From NCBI GenBank assembly GCA_010093815.1, contig ML996567.1: a stretch of 64,000 nucleotides of DNA, one strand, 5' to 3'. Under the pieces are notes generated by a model, which did no database searches, was not told the DNA's origin, and was given only the letters and a program-made list of their open reading frames with translations. Positions 60,550 to 64,000 of the stretch are shown here, one piece after another; positions within the stretch are counted from its first letter, which is position 1, and each line of letters begins with the position of its first letter. Made by a program: the position numbers and the translations under genes. The stretch comes from Pseudovirgaria hyperparasitica. Taxonomy: Eukaryota.

Positions 60550-63480
60550 GAGATATAGGTGTGTGTGTGCGGGTTGGGGAGGAGGAAGCTGACGTGTGTG
60601 CTTAGATTCTAGGTTATAACTTTTGTCCCTCCTTCCAAGTCTGTATGTATACCCCTTTTATCTAATACCTGACCTCCCATGATCATCTAAAATCTCTCAA
60701 AACTGAAATTCCGGAAACGAGTTGTATCAAAGCAATCTGAACCTCTCCCCAGACGTTCATGCATCATAAGCACGTTGGACAACCGCCAACGGATGTTCCA
60801 GATCCGCGATTGATCATTGTCCCGGCGCGTGTGTGTGTGTATGTGTGTATGTGTGTGTGTGGCCACGTGCTGCTTCACGCTCTACCTTGGCTCCTCCTGC
60901 CTGGTATCAGATCGGATGGTATATCTGCATGGGCACGCTATTTATCTGTCTATCCATCCATCCATCTAATCAAGTAATTCCTCTCCATAGAATAGATTAG
61001 AAGAGAATACTCCGGAGAATAATTACAGTTCACCTGGGGCGTAGGGAGGGGCAGGTGGTCACGCAAGGCAAGGTGGCGAGGCCTCGCTTGAGCCGCCGAT
61101 TCAATGCTCGGAGTATTCATTAGTTGTCTCCGTGCGTGTGAATACTGCCGGTGTTCTAGGTCTCTTCTGGGTTTGCTAGGCAGGTTGTCTTGAGCACGTG
61201 GGATGTGTGATGTGTGATATGTGCTATGTATGTAGTTTGTGTGTAGTTTGTGTGCTATGTACCGCTATATAACAGCGGGGAGAAAAAGCATCGATGGTCT
61301 TCTTGCTTGCATGTATGTATGTATGCATATAGTGGGCTGGCTGTCATGTCAAAAGTGTCAAGTAACGGTCGGGCCGGACGCACGCACGCACGCACGCATT
61401 CATTCATGCACGCATGGACGTACGCGTGGTTGGAATCTTAGCTTTGGATTACGTGTACATACGTGGACATATGTATGTACTTGTGATTGAAGCTGGCGTG
61501 TTGGTCTGACGGATGGATGAATGTTTCTGGACTTTGGAGTGTTCTTTGTCCATGCATTCATTCATTGGTATTGTAGCTGCTACTTGTCTACTTGTCTACG
61601 TAGTCTATCCAGTCTGTCCAGTCCGTAGCTAGTCGCCCACTCACTCACCCACTCACTCACTCACGCACCCAAGTCAGGCGTTTCAAATTTACGAATAAAA
61701 ATTTTCTCTTGGGGAGGTTGATAGAAGGAAAAAAAGAAGAAAAAAAGGCACCGAGATTTTCGGTGGACCCTTTTTTTCTAAAACTGACTGATTGATTGAT
61801 TGATTGGTTGATTGAGGGCAGGGATCAGGGATATTGTGAGTGGTGCTTAGGGTGTTTCTGCTATTAGGGAGGTGAGATGAGATGGGGTTGAGATGGTTTG
61901 AGAGTGCTTGATATTAGGTGGATGGATGGATGGATGGGCTTGGACGTGACATGTGATGATGGATGTCGGTCTGGCTCCGATGTGCCTGCTGCGCCTCATA
62001 TTACATGGAATACAAACTCGAAGCAAGCGTCCAAGGTACCCGTGCCGTCCGTCCACTGCGTCCTACAAGCTATCGTCGTCGCACCCGATCTAGATGCCTC
62101 AGGCCTCCTATAACACACCCACCCATAACCATATCCACATCTCATCCCGACAACCCGTCCCCATCAAGCCATGACTCTACGCGCCGTGGCACAACGCCAC
62201 CACCATCCATCCACTAACCCACCTTCCCCAGAATCTAAACACGCCTCATGCATGCGTGCGTGCATGCATGCATATATTTCCTTTTTAGACAACTTAAGCT
62301 ACGGTACAAGCATGTACAGTACATTATCACCGGAAAAACGCCCCCGAGAATGGAGAATGCCGAACATCTCCCCGATGCCCCCGATGGTGCAGTGTTATGC
62401 ATGCAATGCCATGCCATGCCCTGCCATGTCATGCAGCCCTGGGTAGTGTGCATGCCATAGGTAGTGTGCATGCAATAAGTGTAGATTGCATTGCATTGTA
62501 TGTGCATTTGCATGACTCGTGTGTTTGCTCCGGGTGCGGGGGGGGAATTCATGGCGGCGTTGTGTTTTTGTTTGTGAGTGTTATCGGCGGATTGACGAGC
62601 CTCGGTTCGGTGGCTATCCATGGGATATTGGCTGGACTGGAATGGGATGGAATGGGGTAGTACAGTATACACATATACATTTACACACAAGTATCCGCCG
62701 CACCTCACGAAGCCTCCTCGGAGCAGCAGTAGCAGTAACGACAACAAGTCCGAAACGCGGGGAATCACCTCAATCCATCCAACAATTCCACCCAATCAAT
62801 CCATCCAGCTAATTAATCCATAATCCCCGCGACACAAACACACAAACACTAACATACACCCATCCGAGGTTTCCAAATTCCACCTCCCTCCCTCTCTCTC
62901 CCTCCCCCGAAAGTCCAGACTCCCATCACACTACCCACCCACCATTCATCCTCCCGCAATCCACACAACCACCACCACCACAACAGCAGTAATTAGCCCC
63001 AGGCCCAGCCCAGCCCAGTCTAGCCGCTGCATCGATCGATCGATAGATCTATAGCACAAGATGTAGTAACACCACATAGTATAGAAAGTTATTTATATCT
63101 CCCTCCTCTCCCTCCCGTCCATGTCCCCCCAACATACGTCATGCCGTCACGTGGCGAGCTGTGTCGGGAGGCTTTATTCTGGATTTTTTCGATGGCGCGG
63201 ATGGGGTTTGCTCCGAGCGGGTGTTGGGTGGGTTGTTCTGGATTTGAGGTTGTGTTGAGGGTGCTAGGGAGAGGGAGAGGGAGGGGGAGGGGGAGGTATG
63301 TGATGTTTTGTGTTGTGCCGCGGTAGGGGGGGGTATTGGGTTTGAGAGAGAGAGGAGGTGGATGAGATGTATTGTAGGACGGACTGCTGTTTTCGTGATG
63401 TTATGTGGTGATTGGGTAGGGGGGGGGTTTGATATACTTCTTCTCCGGGTTCTTTTTTGTTTTCTGTTTTGTCCTCTTCT
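60550..63480. repeat. Gene-free region rich in microsatellites and low-complexity sequence
   Basis: (GT)n, (GCAC)n, (CACT)n, (GATT)n, (GATG)n, (CATGC)n and purine/pyrimidine tracts; no credible ORF. Confidence 0.75.
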
Positions 63481-64000
63481 TTGTCCTATTCTATCTCTAT
63501 ATTCTTAAATCATATACCATCTATATAATATATGGAGTGTTCAATATGGTCTTCGATGCTTCGTGTAGTCTATGTAGTCATGTGTCTATATAGACTATGA
63601 TGTTATGTAACCATGTAGAGGGTATAGTAATGTATGTATATGGACCATTTAGTCATGTTACTACATAGATTAATTATAGTGCTTGGGATTGAATACGTAC
63701 CGCTTTTCGCTGGCTAAGTGCAGTTTCAATGAGTGTGAAATAGAACCTAGATATTACCGTATTTAGTTTCTCTTATACGCTAGTAGAGTATCATATACGG
63801 CGTCCTAGTAGTATTCTAGGGATAGCTTTAGTTTTAGCGCGGATTATACCTTATAGAAACTATATATGTTTAGAGGTTTGATGTGGTCTCCTATCAAACT
63901 CACTAGTTCTAAGATGGTATAGTATAGTATAAGTGTACATTACCATGAGTATCTAGTTTACCATGTATGTATATACACACACCTATACACATATAAGAAA
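63480..64000. mobile_element. AT/TpA-rich segment, probable RIP-degraded repeat relic
   Basis: Abrupt rise in AT content with abundant TA/TAG/TATA and no ORFs; the element family cannot be identified. Confidence 0.45.

Overview
Intron-containing nuclear DNA of a filamentous ascomycete (Pezizomycotina), with GT..AG introns of about 50-170 nt and CTAAC/CTGAC branch sites. It falls into four zones. (1) 1-2.8 kb: divergent core pair encoding a mitochondrial ribosomal protein bL9m and a Ubp16-like deubiquitinase. (2) ~3.0-18.8 kb: an accessory island that follows a degenerate tRNA-like element. It is bracketed by two ~10-bp-phased (G)CTCA arrays and carries an atypical kinase, an acidic orphan, a PP1-targeting-subunit fragment, a DUF1275 pseudogene, a 2OG-Fe(II) oxygenase-domain gene, a very divergent HSPA12-like ATPase and further gene relics with TAA stops. 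(3) 19-50 kb: mostly core genes (HAD hydrolase, TANGO2/NRDE, RING-CH ligase, TFIIIC Tfc6, GRIP golgin Imh1, zuotin, USP, GPR89-like, SET methyltransferase) plus orphans. (4) 51.5-60.3 kb: a three-gene cluster (beta-propeller-type putative mannosyltransferase/glycosidase, acyltransferase-3, GT32 glycosyltransferase) that looks like a dedicated acylated-glycan pathway, followed by microsatellite-rich and AT/TpA-rich DNA. All family calls come from recognised motifs; no database searches were run.
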